64,000 nucleotides of DNA, from positions 854,926 to 918,925 of the forward strand of contig CAVUZH010000013.1 in NCBI GenBank assembly GCA_963745835.1, given 5' to 3'. The notes under the pieces were generated by a model, which searched no databases, had not been told where the DNA came from, and saw only the letters and a program-made list of their open reading frames with translations. Source of the DNA: an uncultured delta proteobacterium. Its GTDB lineage: Bacteria; Desulfobacterota; Binatia; UBA9968. The translations under genes were made by a program, and so were the position numbers. How positions within the stretch are numbered: the first letter of the stretch is position 1; each line of letters begins with the position of its first letter. Shown here one piece after another: positions 30,177 to 40,965 of the stretch.

Positions 30177-31787
30177 TTATAATGCGGCCTCTTTTGAAAG
30201 CGCAGGCTGGTGTTCGCGCACCACCGCTTCTCCTGAGGCTCCGGTGGTCGTGCCCGCGATGATCGTGCTGCTTCTCGAGGTTACCGTCACAAAATCGGGG
30301 TATGCGACATTGCCATGTTCATTGACATCGAGCCCTTCGATCTCCTCTTCCGTCGACACTCGAACGCCAAGAGTCGCATCGATGATCTTCCAGACGATGA
30401 GCGAAAACGGGAAAACGAAAACTCCCACGCCCACTACACCGGCAAGCTGCGCCATCAAAAGTCCAGCACCACCACCGAATAGCAGACCGTTCCCTGTGGT
30501 GTTGGGAGTAAATTCGGCCTGCGCAAATAAGCCAACGCAGATCGTCCCGAAAATGCCGCAAACTAAATGCACTGAAGTCGCTCCAACGGGATCGTCTATT
30601 TTGATTTTGTCAAAAAATAGAACCGATAATACGACCAACGCTCCGGCAACCAAGCCGATTATTAGTGAGCTTGGGATACTGACAAAGGCGCACGGCGCCG
30701 TGATCGCCACGAGTCCAGCCAACGCGCCGTTAAGAATCATCGTTAGATCTGGTTTACCTAGAAGCATCCAGGCTGTGATGGACGCCGAAATAGCCGCTGC
30801 GGCTGCCGCCGTATTGGTTGCTACCGCGATTCGACCGATGGCTCCGGCGTCTGCCGCCATAGTGCTGCCGGGATTAAACCCGAACCAGCCGAACCAAAGA
30901 ACGAATACACCGATGGTTGCCAATGCGATACTGTGACCCGGCAGTGGCAGCGCCTTTCCATCTTTACTGTATTTGCCAATGCGCGGGCCCAGAACCATCG
31001 CTCCAGAAAGGGCAGCCCATCCGCCCACGGAGTGAACCACTGTCGATCCTGCAAAGTCGAACATACCTAATTTCGCCAGCCAGCCTCCGCCCCATATCCA
31101 GTGGCCTACGATCGGATAGATAAGACCCACCATTAAGAAACTGAAAATATAGAAAGATCCAAACTTGATTCTCTCCGCCACCGCGCCGGAAACAATCGTC
31201 GCTGCAGTGCCGGCAAATACAAGCTGAAAGAAGAACTTGCTCCACAATGGGACGCCGGTCCAATTAATTGATGAATAGACACCCTTATAAGCATCCCCCA
31301 TCGCCGGGCTGTTGTCGGCGCCGCCGACAAACCATAAACCCTGAGTGCCGAAAAAAAGATTGCCATCGCCGAACATGAGACCCCAACCTAGAACTAAAAA
31401 CGCAATCGACGCCGCGGCGAACACAACAAAATTCTTCGCCAGAATCGTCACCGCGTTTTTGGCGCGGCATAGGCCGGATTCGACCGTTGCAAAACCGAGG
31501 TTCATAAAAAACACCAGCATGCCGGCAATCAACACCCACATGGTGTCTATCGCGACTTTAGCGCCGCCGATTTGTTGCAGCAGTCCTTGAGTAAACTGCG
31601 CCGGCGTGGCGCCGGGATCTTCTTTTTTGGCTTCAACACCTGGAGCCGCGGACGAGGTCGCCGGGGTTTCTATTTTAGTTGGCTCCGGCGGAGCAGGGTT
31701 TTCTTGCGCCGAAAGCGAAGTCAAAAGAACAATTCCCACGACCAAGCTCAATGAGGCATACACGAACATTTTTTTCACCTTCTTCAT
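30177..31787 (-). CDS. amtB: ammonium transporter with N-terminal signal and P-rich extension
   Basis: LVFFM..GF..VESG, FAGTAATIVSGAVAER, DFAGSTVVH..GG, WFGWFGFNPGS, DDPVGA..VH. Confidence 0.95.
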   Translation of the reverse strand: MKKVKKMFVYASLSLVVGIVLLTSLSAQENPAPPEPTKIETPATSSAAPGVEAKKEDPGATPAQFTQGLLQQIGGAKVAIDTMWVLIAGMLVFFMNLGFATVESGLCRAKNAVTILAKNFVVFAAASIAFLVLGWGLMFGDGNLFFGTQGLWFVGGADNSPAMGDAYKGVYSSINWTGVPLWSKFFFQLVFAGTAATIVSGAVAERIKFGSFYIFSFLMVGLIYPIVGHWIWGGGWLAKLGMFDFAGSTVVHSVGGWAALSGAMVLGPRIGKYSKDGKALPLPGHSIALATIGVFVLWFGWFGFNPGSTMAADAGAIGRIAVATNTAAAAAAISASITAWMLLGKPDLTMILNGALAGLVAITAPCAFVSIPSSLIIGLVAGALVVLSVLFFDKIKIDDPVGATSVHLVCGIFGTICVGLFAQAEFTPNTTGNGLLFGGGAGLLMAQLAGVVGVGVFVFPFSLIVWKIIDATLGVRVSTEEEIEGLDVNEHGNVAYPDFVTVTSRSSTIIAGTTTGASGEAVVREHQPALSKEAAL

Positions 31788-31820
31788 TTGTCTCCCTCCT
31801 CGGAAATAAACTCGATCGTT

Positions 31821-32258
<438 letters not shown>

Positions 32259-32325
32259 TCATCAGCTTGAAATAGCGAGTAAATTCTGTCGAGACGATAG
32301 CGTGATGCAAAAGATCCGGGCAACG

Positions 32326-32447
32326 TGCTTAAGGAGTAGGCGCTCAGCTTAGTTTCTAAGCAGGTCTGACATCGGCAACTAATTGGCATAGCGCTTAGTC
32401 GATGAAGGTGTGCTTAAGAAATGAACGTGTGCTTAAGAATGGAAGCA
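32326..32447. promoter_or_regulatory. cluster of NtrC-like enhancer sites (TGCTTA-N5-TAAGCA type)
   Basis: TGCTTA-AGGAG-TAGGCG (32326), AGCTTA-GTTTC-TAAGCA (32346), TGCTTA-AGAAA-TGAACG (32411), further TGCTTAAG at 32430. Confidence 0.55.
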
Positions 32448-32570
32448 TAAATCTTTGACCCGGCGCCTTATAAGGAGGGCCGAGATTTAGCTCTTCGCTT
32501 CTGCTTGTTACGACGTCGCGACCTAAATAGAATGTGACGTAGTCTTGATCGACTCAACCGGGGAGGAACC

Positions 32571-33236
32571 GTGAAACACAAGCTGCGCGAGTATGGCCTT
32601 TCGATAACGTTGCTCGGTTTGTTTTTCGTGATCCAGGTGGGGTTAAGTCTGGTGGGTCAGCGGCAGTACAACCATGAGCAAGCTGATCATGGCCAACCCA
32701 CGGTCAGCTATCTCGAGTATGTGCGCGGTCCGGCATTTCTTGAAGCCACGATGGAGAACTGGGAAAGCGAATTTCTGCAAATGTTCGCCTATGTTCTGTT
32801 AACAGCATTTCTTTTTCAGAAAGGATCTGCCGAATCCAAAGATCCCGAGAAGCAAGAGGCTGTAGATCGAGATCCGCGTCAATACAGGGACGTTGAAAAC
32901 GCTCCGTGGCCAGTGCGCAAAGGCGGCATCGTCCTTAAGCTTTATGAGAACTCTCTCTCGATCTCGTTGTTTCTACTCTTTGCCATAGCATTCGTGTTGC
33001 ACGCGGTAGGCGGTGCCAAAGAGTACAGCCAGCAGCAAACAGCCCACGGCGAACAAGCAGTTACCGTCGTGCAATACTTAGGAACCGCGCAGTTTTGGTT
33101 TGAATCCTTGCAAAACTGGCAAAGCGAGTTTTTTTCGATTGCCGTCCTGGTGCTGCTGAGCATTTTTCTGCGCCAAAAGGGATCACCTGAATCTAAACCC
33201 GTCGATAGTCCTCACAGCATGACCGGCCACGAATAG
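32571..33236 (+). CDS. DUF6766-like membrane protein
   Basis: Duplicated ENWESEFLQ / QNWQSEFF and Q(K)GS(A/P)ESK motifs; GGAGG RBS. Confidence 0.8.
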   Translation: MKHKLREYGLSITLLGLFFVIQVGLSLVGQRQYNHEQADHGQPTVSYLEYVRGPAFLEATMENWESEFLQMFAYVLLTAFLFQKGSAESKDPEKQEAVDRDPRQYRDVENAPWPVRKGGIVLKLYENSLSISLFLLFAIAFVLHAVGGAKEYSQQQTAHGEQAVTVVQYLGTAQFWFESLQNWQSEFFSIAVLVLLSIFLRQKGSPESKPVDSPHSMTGHE

Positions 33237-33504
33237 AGATGCACACGATTCGTATAGAGTGAGCCAGTCTTCGCATCACAGCGTGAACAGTTAGTCGATC
33301 AGTTCTGTAGCCTTCGGATTATATTCGACGTCTTCTCTGGTCGTGAGCTGATCGCGGGCTCCGTCCCGCGGAAAGAATTTCACTTTCTTGTTGTCGGTCT
33401 TTTTACGTCGTCCAAATTATTGCAAAGCAATCCGAGGCACTTGGATCACCACTCCAAGTGAGGTCCTCACCGCTGACCGATATTTTAGCAGAAGGAGAAA
33501 AGCG

Positions 33505-34311
33505 CTAACTCAGCCGCCGGTGTGCAAGACAGGGCAGCTCGCGGCGGACTCGGCTGAGATAATCGAGATCGATGTCGCCGATGACGAAACCCGGACCATC
33601 GGGAAGTACGGCAACAATCTCACCCCACGGATCAACGATCATCGAATGACCATAAGTCTCGAAGCTCTGAGGATTCTTCCCGAACTGATTCGGCGCGATG
33701 ATGTAAACTTGGTTCTCGATGGCGCGCGCCCGCAGCAGCGGTTCCCAATGCGCTTTTCCTGTATAGGCAGTAAACGCGGACGGAACGAAGATCAGATCAG
33801 CCTGACGGCGAGATAGCTGGCGATAGAGCTCGGCGAATCGAAGATCGTAACAGACGCTCAGGCCCATCTTGCAGAGCTCCGTTTCGGCGATGACTACCGT
33901 TTCGCCGGCGGCCCGGGTATCGGACTCCCGCGCGGAAACCTTGTTAGCTAGGTCTACGTCAAACAGGTGAATTTTACGGTAGCTCGCGATTAGTTTGCCG
34001 GAAGGATCGAACAACAGGCTGGTATTGAAAGCTTTTGCGCTGCCGGGAATTTCTTCCAAGATGGATCCCGCCAGCAGATAGATACCAAGCTCTCGCGCAA
34101 GTACAGCCATTGCTGTTGAGGCAGGTCCGGGTATGGGCTCAGCGGCTGCGCGTTCGCGTCTCTTGTCGCCCCGCCAAATGAAAACTTCCGGCAGGGCGAT
34201 CAGTTTGGCGCCGGCGGCGGCGGATTGGCGAATCCATCGTGCCGCTTCCGCCAGATTAGCCGCTTTGTCATCCGAGGCAAGCATTTGAATTGCAGCCGCG
34301 GTGAATTTCAT
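33505..34311 (-). CDS. carbon-nitrogen hydrolase (Nit1/deaminated glutathione amidase-like)
   Basis: LPE, YRKIHLFD, SVCYDLRF, PSAFT..TG.AHW..LLRARAIENQ, GHSMIVDPWG. Confidence 0.9.
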   Translation of the reverse strand: MKFTAAAIQMLASDDKAANLAEAARWIRQSAAAGAKLIALPEVFIWRGDKRRERAAAEPIPGPASTAMAVLARELGIYLLAGSILEEIPGSAKAFNTSLLFDPSGKLIASYRKIHLFDVDLANKVSARESDTRAAGETVVIAETELCKMGLSVCYDLRFAELYRQLSRRQADLIFVPSAFTAYTGKAHWEPLLRARAIENQVYIIAPNQFGKNPQSFETYGHSMIVDPWGEIVAVLPDGPGFVIGDIDLDYLSRVRRELPCLAHRRLS

Positions 34312-34345
34312 TGAGTTTCCTTGAACAGATTCTCTGACCCAATTG

Positions 34346-35182
34346 TCAGCGTGTAAGAAAGACAGGGCATGAACTGTTTCTCAGTACGAACTCCGTCGTG
34401 CTGCCAAGAACCATTTCGATGATGCGCCGATGACCGTAAGCACCAATGAATAGAAGATCATGATTGAAATTGACCAGATGATCGATGATCTTCTGTTCCG
34501 GATAGCCGCGCGCTTTTTCATAATGAACATCAATCGCATACGAGTTTAAGTACGATTTTGCCTGATGCAAGGTTCCTTCAGCCAGCTGATCTTCTTTGGC
34601 GATGGTTAAGACACTGAGGGGTAGATTCAATACAGTACAGAACTCCGCCGCAGATTCCATCGCCGCGCATGCGCGCTGGCTGCCGTCATACGCTAGCAGC
34701 GGGCTCTCGACAGGCTTGAATTTTTTTGTCGAAACAAACACCGGACGCGGGCATTTGCGCGTGATGCTTTCGGCGGTCGTGCCCAAAAGCCCGGTGGTAA
34801 AATCCTCATTGATCCCGCGATGACCAATCACGACCAGATCAGCAATCTTAGAGCGCTCGCAGATCTCGTTGGCGATTAGGCCCATGTCCAAAACAGTTTG
34901 ATGTTTGATGCCGCTCTTCCGGCACCGTTCAGCGAATTCTTCGAGTATCAGCTTGCCACGCTCCTCCAGGGCTTCGCGCATCTTCGTGGAGAAGTCCAGG
35001 TATGGCTCGAACCCCATGGATCCGGAAATGTCGTGAAAAAATGTTCCTTCAATCGAAATGGTATCGATGACGTGTTGACCGAAGAGCGTTCCGTCGAACT
35101 TTTCCGTCATCCACAGAGCATAATCAAAGGCTGCATTCGAGTGTTCCGAACCATCGAGGGGAAGCAGAATATTCTTAATCAC
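34346..35182 (-). CDS. universal stress protein (two Usp domains)
   Basis: IKNILLPLDGS, ADLVVIGHRG, LAYDGS, GAYGH..LGSTT. Confidence 0.88.
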   Translation of the reverse strand: MIKNILLPLDGSEHSNAAFDYALWMTEKFDGTLFGQHVIDTISIEGTFFHDISGSMGFEPYLDFSTKMREALEERGKLILEEFAERCRKSGIKHQTVLDMGLIANEICERSKIADLVVIGHRGINEDFTTGLLGTTAESITRKCPRPVFVSTKKFKPVESPLLAYDGSQRACAAMESAAEFCTVLNLPLSVLTIAKEDQLAEGTLHQAKSYLNSYAIDVHYEKARGYPEQKIIDHLVNFNHDLLFIGAYGHRRIIEMVLGSTTEFVLRNSSCPVFLTR

Positions 35183-35372
35183 GTTTCCCTCCTGAAGCCG
35201 TGAGCGGCGAGCCTGATGTACATCAGCGCAATGGCTTTGGTTACGAGCGGCGTTCTCCGGATTAACCGCGGGCTACGATAACAACCTGCGCGGTTTTTGC
35301 AAGCAGGAAATGGCTCAATCGTTTTACAAATCAGCACGTTTAGCAGATAATAATATAGCGTTTAATTCAGCC

Positions 35373-35621
35373 ATGGCACAGCTAAAACACAAGCAGCAAT
35401 TGCGTCTACAGGAATTAATCGGCGCCGCCAAACAAATGAACATCGAGGTGCGCACCGAAAAATTATTGCGGGAAGTAGGATACAAGCCGCGCAGCGGCCG
35501 TTGCCGTATCAATGGCCAAGAAGTAATATTGATCGATAGAGACGCGCCGCTTAGCGAGCAAATTGATTTTCTGTCAGCGCTGCTCGCTGAAGAGGAACGT
35601 CAACCATCCTGTCGAACATGA
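35373..35621 (+). CDS. conserved small hypothetical protein
   Basis: IEVR.EK......SGRCRING...ILID...L..QI..L pattern. Confidence 0.6.
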   Translation: MAQLKHKQQLRLQELIGAAKQMNIEVRTEKLLREVGYKPRSGRCRINGQEVILIDRDAPLSEQIDFLSALLAEEERQPSCRT

Positions 35622-35729
35622 TTCAACCCCAAGAGTATGTAAGTCATTTCAGCGCTGATCATGTCCGCTTCAATCCGGCTCTTCTACCGTTGAAGGTCAG
35701 GTAGGGCTGGCACTAAACTCGATCCGGTA

Positions 35730-36395
35730 TCAGTGCACGCGGATTTTTTTCGCCGCCTCAATGCCGAGCGAAAACTCGCCGCCATTGACCGTTAGAGTCA
35801 TCATGCCGAGGGACGGCGCGACATCGACCACGTGGACTTTCGCACCCGGTCGTAACCCATGCGTTTGTAGGTAACTGAGCAAGCGCACGTCGCGTTCTCC
35901 ACCTTCCGTAATATAATCGAGTTCAACGTCCTGTCCATCGACCACTTCGCTAAGCGGCATTGTCTTCGGTGCCGGCGTCTTGCTTGCTCCGGGGATCGGA
36001 TTTCCGTGCGGGCAAGTAGTTGGATAGCTCAGCAACTTCGCCAACCGCTCCTCTACTTCCTGGGAAATCGCATGCTCCATGCGGTGCGCTTCTTGGTGTG
36101 CCTTGACCCAATCAAGACCGAGCAGGTCCGTGAGAAACCGTTCGGTTAGGAAATGCCGGCGAACAATATTCTCCGCCACTCTCGTACCCTCACGGGTCAG
36201 GTGAATTTCCTTGCGCCGGTTGATCGTGACGTAACCTTCCTTCGCCAAACGCCGCAGGGTGGCGAAGATGGTCGACGGCGACACGCCGGTTTCGTCGGCG
36301 AGTCGGGCTGCGATCACTGGGTGCGATTCTTCTGAAAGCTGATAGATCGCTTTCAGATAGTCTTCCAGCGCGTGAGTTACCTTGTGCGTTTCCAT
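35730..36395 (-). CDS. DtxR/MntR-family metal-dependent repressor with FeoA-like domain
   Basis: EDYLKAIY, RRHFLTERFL..LLG, H.EAHRMEH, CPHGNPIP, GLRPG C-domain. Confidence 0.92.
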   Translation of the reverse strand: METHKVTHALEDYLKAIYQLSEESHPVIAARLADETGVSPSTIFATLRRLAKEGYVTINRRKEIHLTREGTRVAENIVRRHFLTERFLTDLLGLDWVKAHQEAHRMEHAISQEVEERLAKLLSYPTTCPHGNPIPGASKTPAPKTMPLSEVVDGQDVELDYITEGGERDVRLLSYLQTHGLRPGAKVHVVDVAPSLGMMTLTVNGGEFSLGIEAAKKIRVH

Positions 36396-36619
36396 AGGAG
36401 CGGCAAATTCTTTGTTGAAGAACGAAGGGCTTTCCATCCTCGTCAAACAACAAGCGCATGTTATTTCAGGAATCCGGGAACTTCAAGTTTGCTGTAAAAA
36501 TTATGGACGATTTTATCGCGGCCGAAGCGCGCAACGCCACGGACGATTTGCGCAAGGCGTCGGCGCTCATCTGGAACTGTCTATCTGTTTCAGGTATTTA
36601 TCCGGGACGGAGAAAACCT

Positions 36620-37675
36620 ATGGCCGTCATCGAAGTCAACCGCATCACCAAGCGCTTTAACCAAACAGTCGCGGTAAAAAGCTGCGACTTGCAGGTTGCG
36701 TCCGGTGAGATTCTCGCACTGCTGGGACCCTCTGGCTCGGGCAAAACGACATTGCTCAGAGTAATTGCTGGATTCGAGCGGCCCGACGACGGACAGATTG
36801 TAATCAGCGAGCGCACCGTGGTCGACGTTGCGGGCTCAGTCTGGGTCCCGGCCGAGGAGCGCGGCGTCGGCATGGTCTTTCAAGATTATGCCCTATTTCC
36901 TCATTTGACCGTGGCGCAAAACGTCCGCTTCGGCCTGCGCAATGGCGACAAAAGCGCTCGTCAAAGCCGGGTCGAAGAGCTCCTTCGACTGACGGAGTTG
37001 TTTTTGTGCGGCGACCGCTACCCGCACGAATTATCCGGTGGCCAACAGCAGCGCGTCGCGCTGGCGCGAGCTCTGGCGCCGCGTCCACCGGTGGTCCTGC
37101 TCGACGAACCTTTTAACGGGCTCGACCCTGAGCTACGTCCGCAGATGCGCCGCGAGGTGGCGGGTATCTTGCGCCAGTTAGGTACCGCAGCAGTGCTGGT
37201 CACCCACGACCAGGAAGAGGCGTTGGGGATGGCAGATCAAGTCGCGGTCATCCGTAATGGTGAACTGCAACAGATCGGCACGCCCGAAGACATCTATTAT
37301 TCGCCGACGACTGCCTTTGTCGCGGGCTTTGTTGGCCACGCTGATTTCATTCCGGGTGTCGTCATCGGTCCGCACATCCAAACCGAAATCGGCGTGTTTC
37401 CCTGCCCAGCCGGCGTTCCGACGGGACCCGTAAAGGTGATGATCCGCCACGAAGCCGTGAATGCCAAAGCAGGTGGAATATTGGCGACGGTCGAAGAGCG
37501 CGAATTCCTCGGCGGCGAAATCCTTTACCGCCTGCGCTTGCCCTCAGGAGCGACCGTCCATTTGGAACAGCGTCGGCCCGTGCATTGGCCGGTAGGGCAC
37601 CAAGTGCCCGTTGAAGTGCATCTCCCTAATGTGGTCGTCTTCCCCATCTCCGCCACTGACAACACCGACGACTAG
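36620..37675 (+). CDS. Fe3+ ABC transporter ATP-binding protein (FbpC-like)
   Basis: LGPSGSGKTT, MVFQDYALFPHL, LSGGQQQRVALARAL, TOBE-like tail; GGAG RBS before ATG 36620. Confidence 0.88.
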   Translation: MAVIEVNRITKRFNQTVAVKSCDLQVASGEILALLGPSGSGKTTLLRVIAGFERPDDGQIVISERTVVDVAGSVWVPAEERGVGMVFQDYALFPHLTVAQNVRFGLRNGDKSARQSRVEELLRLTELFLCGDRYPHELSGGQQQRVALARALAPRPPVVLLDEPFNGLDPELRPQMRREVAGILRQLGTAAVLVTHDQEEALGMADQVAVIRNGELQQIGTPEDIYYSPTTAFVAGFVGHADFIPGVVIGPHIQTEIGVFPCPAGVPTGPVKVMIRHEAVNAKAGGILATVEEREFLGGEILYRLRLPSGATVHLEQRRPVHWPVGHQVPVEVHLPNVVVFPISATDNTDD

Positions 37676-37882
37676 GTTCATCTATGCACCCGCTAGATTT
37701 GTGCACGTAGCCCACCAGCAAACAAGCTGACGAAGGGCACCTCTTTTCAGAAATCCGAGCTTCGGTTGAGATCAGGAAATCGGCTCCCTAAGCTTGTCGG
37801 CAGCGTTTCAGCCTCGTTTTGAAAAGCGATCGGCGACGTACTTGAGCCAGCAAAAGGAAGTATAGCAAAGTTTTAGTCGGTC

Positions 37883-37937
37883 TTGACAAAGATATTTTAT
37901 TTCACTATTCGAATATTTGAATTTTGTTAGTACAAAA
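37883..37937 (+). promoter_or_regulatory. iron-island promoter/operator copy 1 plus palindrome TTTTGT-TAGT-ACAAAA
   Basis: TTGACA-17-TATTCG, 24/34 identical to the copy at 43225; perfect palindrome at 37922-37937. Confidence 0.6.
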
Positions 37938-38007
37938 CTTCAACGCAACAAGGCTGACTTATAAGAATATCCGTTTCTAGTGGCGGACAGCTTTAGGAGA
38001 AACAACG

Positions 38008-39052
38008 ATGCAGCTTTTTGGTGGAGCGTGCGCTAAAACCATTCTCGCCGGACTTTCTCGCGACGTTCTTGCTCGGTGAATCGGCGGCTCAAGAGAAAGT
38101 GCTCAATTTGTACACGGCCCGTCACTATTCGACCGATGAATCATTTTACACCGGCTACACCAAGGCCACCGGCATCAAGATCAATCGCATCGAGGGTGGG
38201 GAGGATGCGCTCTTCGAGCGCATCAAAGCCGAGGGCGCCAACAGCCCGGCGGACGTCTTCCTGACCGTTGACGCGGCGCGCTTATGGCGCGCCGAGCAAG
38301 CCGGCATCTTCGCGCCGCTAAAATCTGCGGTGCTTGACAAGCGAATCCCCACCGCCTCGCGCGGCGCCGACGACAAGTGGTTCGGATTCTCCGCGCGCGC
38401 GCGTGTGATCGCTTACGATAAGAGCAAAATTAAACCCGCCGAGCTGGCGCGTTACGAGGATGTGGCCAATGCCAAGTGGAAAGGACAGATTTGCGTGCGA
38501 CCGAGCAGCCATCCCTATAATCTCTCCTTGATATCCAGCCTGATCAATCACCTCGGCGAAGAAAAGGCCACGGACTGGGCGCGCGGCGTGACCGCAAATC
38601 TCGCGCGGCCGCCTCGCGGAGGCGATACCGACCAACTCAAGGGAGTCGAGGTCGGGGAGTGCTCCATCGCGATTTCCAACCATTACTATTATCTCCGGCT
38701 CATGCGCTCGGAAAAACCTGAAGAGCGAGCGCTGGTCGAAAAAGTGGGCATCATTTGGCCCAACCAGGCGGACCGCGGTACCCACATCAATATCTCCGGC
38801 GGAGGTCTGTTACAGAATGCGCCGAATCGGGACGCCGCGCGTCAAGTTCCTCGAATACCTGGCGAGCGACTGCGGCGCAGACATTATTCGCCAACGGCAA
38901 CAACGAGTGGCCAATCGTAAAAGGCGCCAAGTTGAACAATCCGGCGCTCGAATCGTTGGGTCAATTCAAAACCGATTCCGTTGCCGCTGGCGAACCTCGG
39001 CAAATCCCAAGCCGCCGCTCAGCGCATCGCTGACAAAGTTGGTTGGAAATAG
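38008..39052 (+). CDS. Fe3+ ABC substrate-binding protein (FutA/FbpA-like), several frameshifts
   Basis: LNLYTARHY, EGANSPADV, GGDTDQ, N.YY, GTHINISG, end ADKVGWK*; frame changes near 38055, 38840, 38871, 38980. Confidence 0.8.
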
Positions 39053-39085
39053 CGCCATACGTCGGCTCGGACTTGCAGCGGAGCT

Positions 39086-40774
39086 ATGACCGGCGCCGTC
39101 GCGGTCCTTACCGGATATCCAACGGTCTCACTGCCGCTCGGCTCGGCTGGCTCGGCTGGGCGTCGGTGATTATCGCGTGCCTTAGTACTTGCTCCCATCG
39201 CCGCGGTGGTTGTTTAACGTTTTTTTACCGAGCGAAGCCACCTGGTCTCACCTCGCTGTCCACCGTTTTACCCGAGTACATCTGGAACACAGCTGCTGCT
39301 CGATTTGCCTGGTGGCCTTAGGCGTGGTTTTTTTCGGCGTGAGCGCGGCTTGGCTCGTCAGCGCCTATCGTTTTCCCGGCCAACGCGTTCTTGAATGGGC
39401 CCTGGTCCTGCCTCTGGCGATGCCGGCTTACGTCATGGCTTACGCCTATACCGACTGGCTGCAGGCAGCTGGACCGGTCGCAGACACTGCTGCGCGAACT
39501 TACCGGTTGGAAGGTTCGCGAATATTGGTTTCCGGAGATCCGTTCCTTGCCTGGCGCTGCGGCGATGCTGTCGTTCGCGCTTTATCCCTATGTCTATTTG
39601 CTGGCGCGCACTGCGTTTCTCGAACAGTCGCGCACGACTATGGAGGCGGCCCGCCTCGCCGGGTACGGCGGCTTGGGGCAGATTCTTGGCGCGTCGCGCT
39701 GCCTCTGGCCCGCACCGGCATCGTTGCCGGTACCGCTTTGGCCCTGATGGAGGCGCTTGCCGATTTCGGCACGGTTTCCTATTTCGCCGTAAATACGTTC
39801 ACTGCCGGCATCTATCGCGCTTGGCTTTCCCTTGGTGACCCGGTGGCAGCCGGCCAGCTCGCCACCTGCCTGCTGATTTTCGTGCTGCTGATGTTTTCAT
39901 TGAGCGCCGCCATCGCGGCGGCGCTCGCTACGCCGCTAAGCGCACGCCCATGCCGCCGCAGCCACTGCATGGCGCTGCCGGCCGCAATTGCTTCCATCAT
40001 ATGCGCCGTGCCGGTCACGTTTGGTTTTTTAGTACCGGCCGTCATTACTGATAAAGCTCGCCGCTGCCGATCCCGGAGGCCCAGTTCGGCGCGCGTCTTT
40101 ACGGCCTGGTACTGAATACATTCACTTTGGCCGGGGTCGCCGCCCTCGCCGCTGTAGCTATGGCTTTGCTTCTGGCGTATGCGGCGCGAACAGTCAAACA
40201 TCCGCTGGTCCATGGCGCTAATCGTTTTGCCGTGCTCGGTTATGCTCTGCCTGGAGCGGTGATCGCTGTCGGAATTCTTTTGCCGCTTGGGTAAATTCGA
40301 CAACGCCATAGCCGCCTGGATTCGAAGAGCAATTCGGCATCAAGACCGGCCTGCTGCTCACCGGTTCGATCACGGCGCTGATTTACGCTTACGTCGTGCG
40401 CTTTCTTGCCGTCGCCTTTCAGACGCGTTGAAGCTGGACTTACTCGGGTGACGCCCTCGATGGACGACGCCGCGCGCAGCCTCGGTCTCTCTCCCGCGCG
40501 TACCCTTGCGCGTGTACACGTGCCGATCATATGGGGCAGTCTTGCCACCGCGGCGCTGCTCGTCTTCGTCGACGTCATGAAAGAACTGCCCGCGACGTTC
40601 GCCATGCGCCCGTTTAACTTCGACACTCTGGCGGTCGAAGCCTACAACTTGGCCAAGGACGAACGGATCGCCGAGGCCGCAGTGCCTTCGCTGGTCATGG
40701 TCGGCATCGCCCTGCTGCCGTTAATCCTGCTGTCCCGCCAGATCGCCCGCTCGAGCCTGAACAGGTCGTCCTAG
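39086..40774 (+). CDS. Fe3+ ABC permease (FbpB/FutB-like), many frameshifts
   Basis: Pieces in all 3 frames: LPLAMPAYVMAYAY, LYPYVYLLARTAF, LMEALADFGTV, DVMKELPAT..RPFNFDTLA. Confidence 0.78.
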
Positions 40775-40930
40775 CGCCGGACTCAGCCGAGCGAGTTGAC
40801 ACTCGCGAGATTGCTCTTTGGTCGGCAGCTCTAACAATTCACCCGAGAACGTGGAGGCGCATCGTTCACACGGCATCCCAACGGGCAAGCTAAGAGCGAA
40901 AAAGAGCACCAGTTGTGAAGGCGGGATGAT

Positions 40931-40964
40931 TTGACAAACTTTTTTCAGTTGCATATACGAAGAT
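40931..40964 (+). promoter_or_regulatory. iron-island promoter/operator copy 2
   Basis: TTGACAAACTTTTTTCAGTTGCATATACGAAGAT; 29/34 identical to the copy at 43225. Confidence 0.7.
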
Positions 40965-40965
40965 C

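Noticed and set aside
35619-35621. Other TGA-ending ORFs as selenocysteine read-through candidates (35621, 15898, 23117, 60177)
   Set aside because: No redox-motif context or recognisable downstream continuation, unlike the TGA at 24782.
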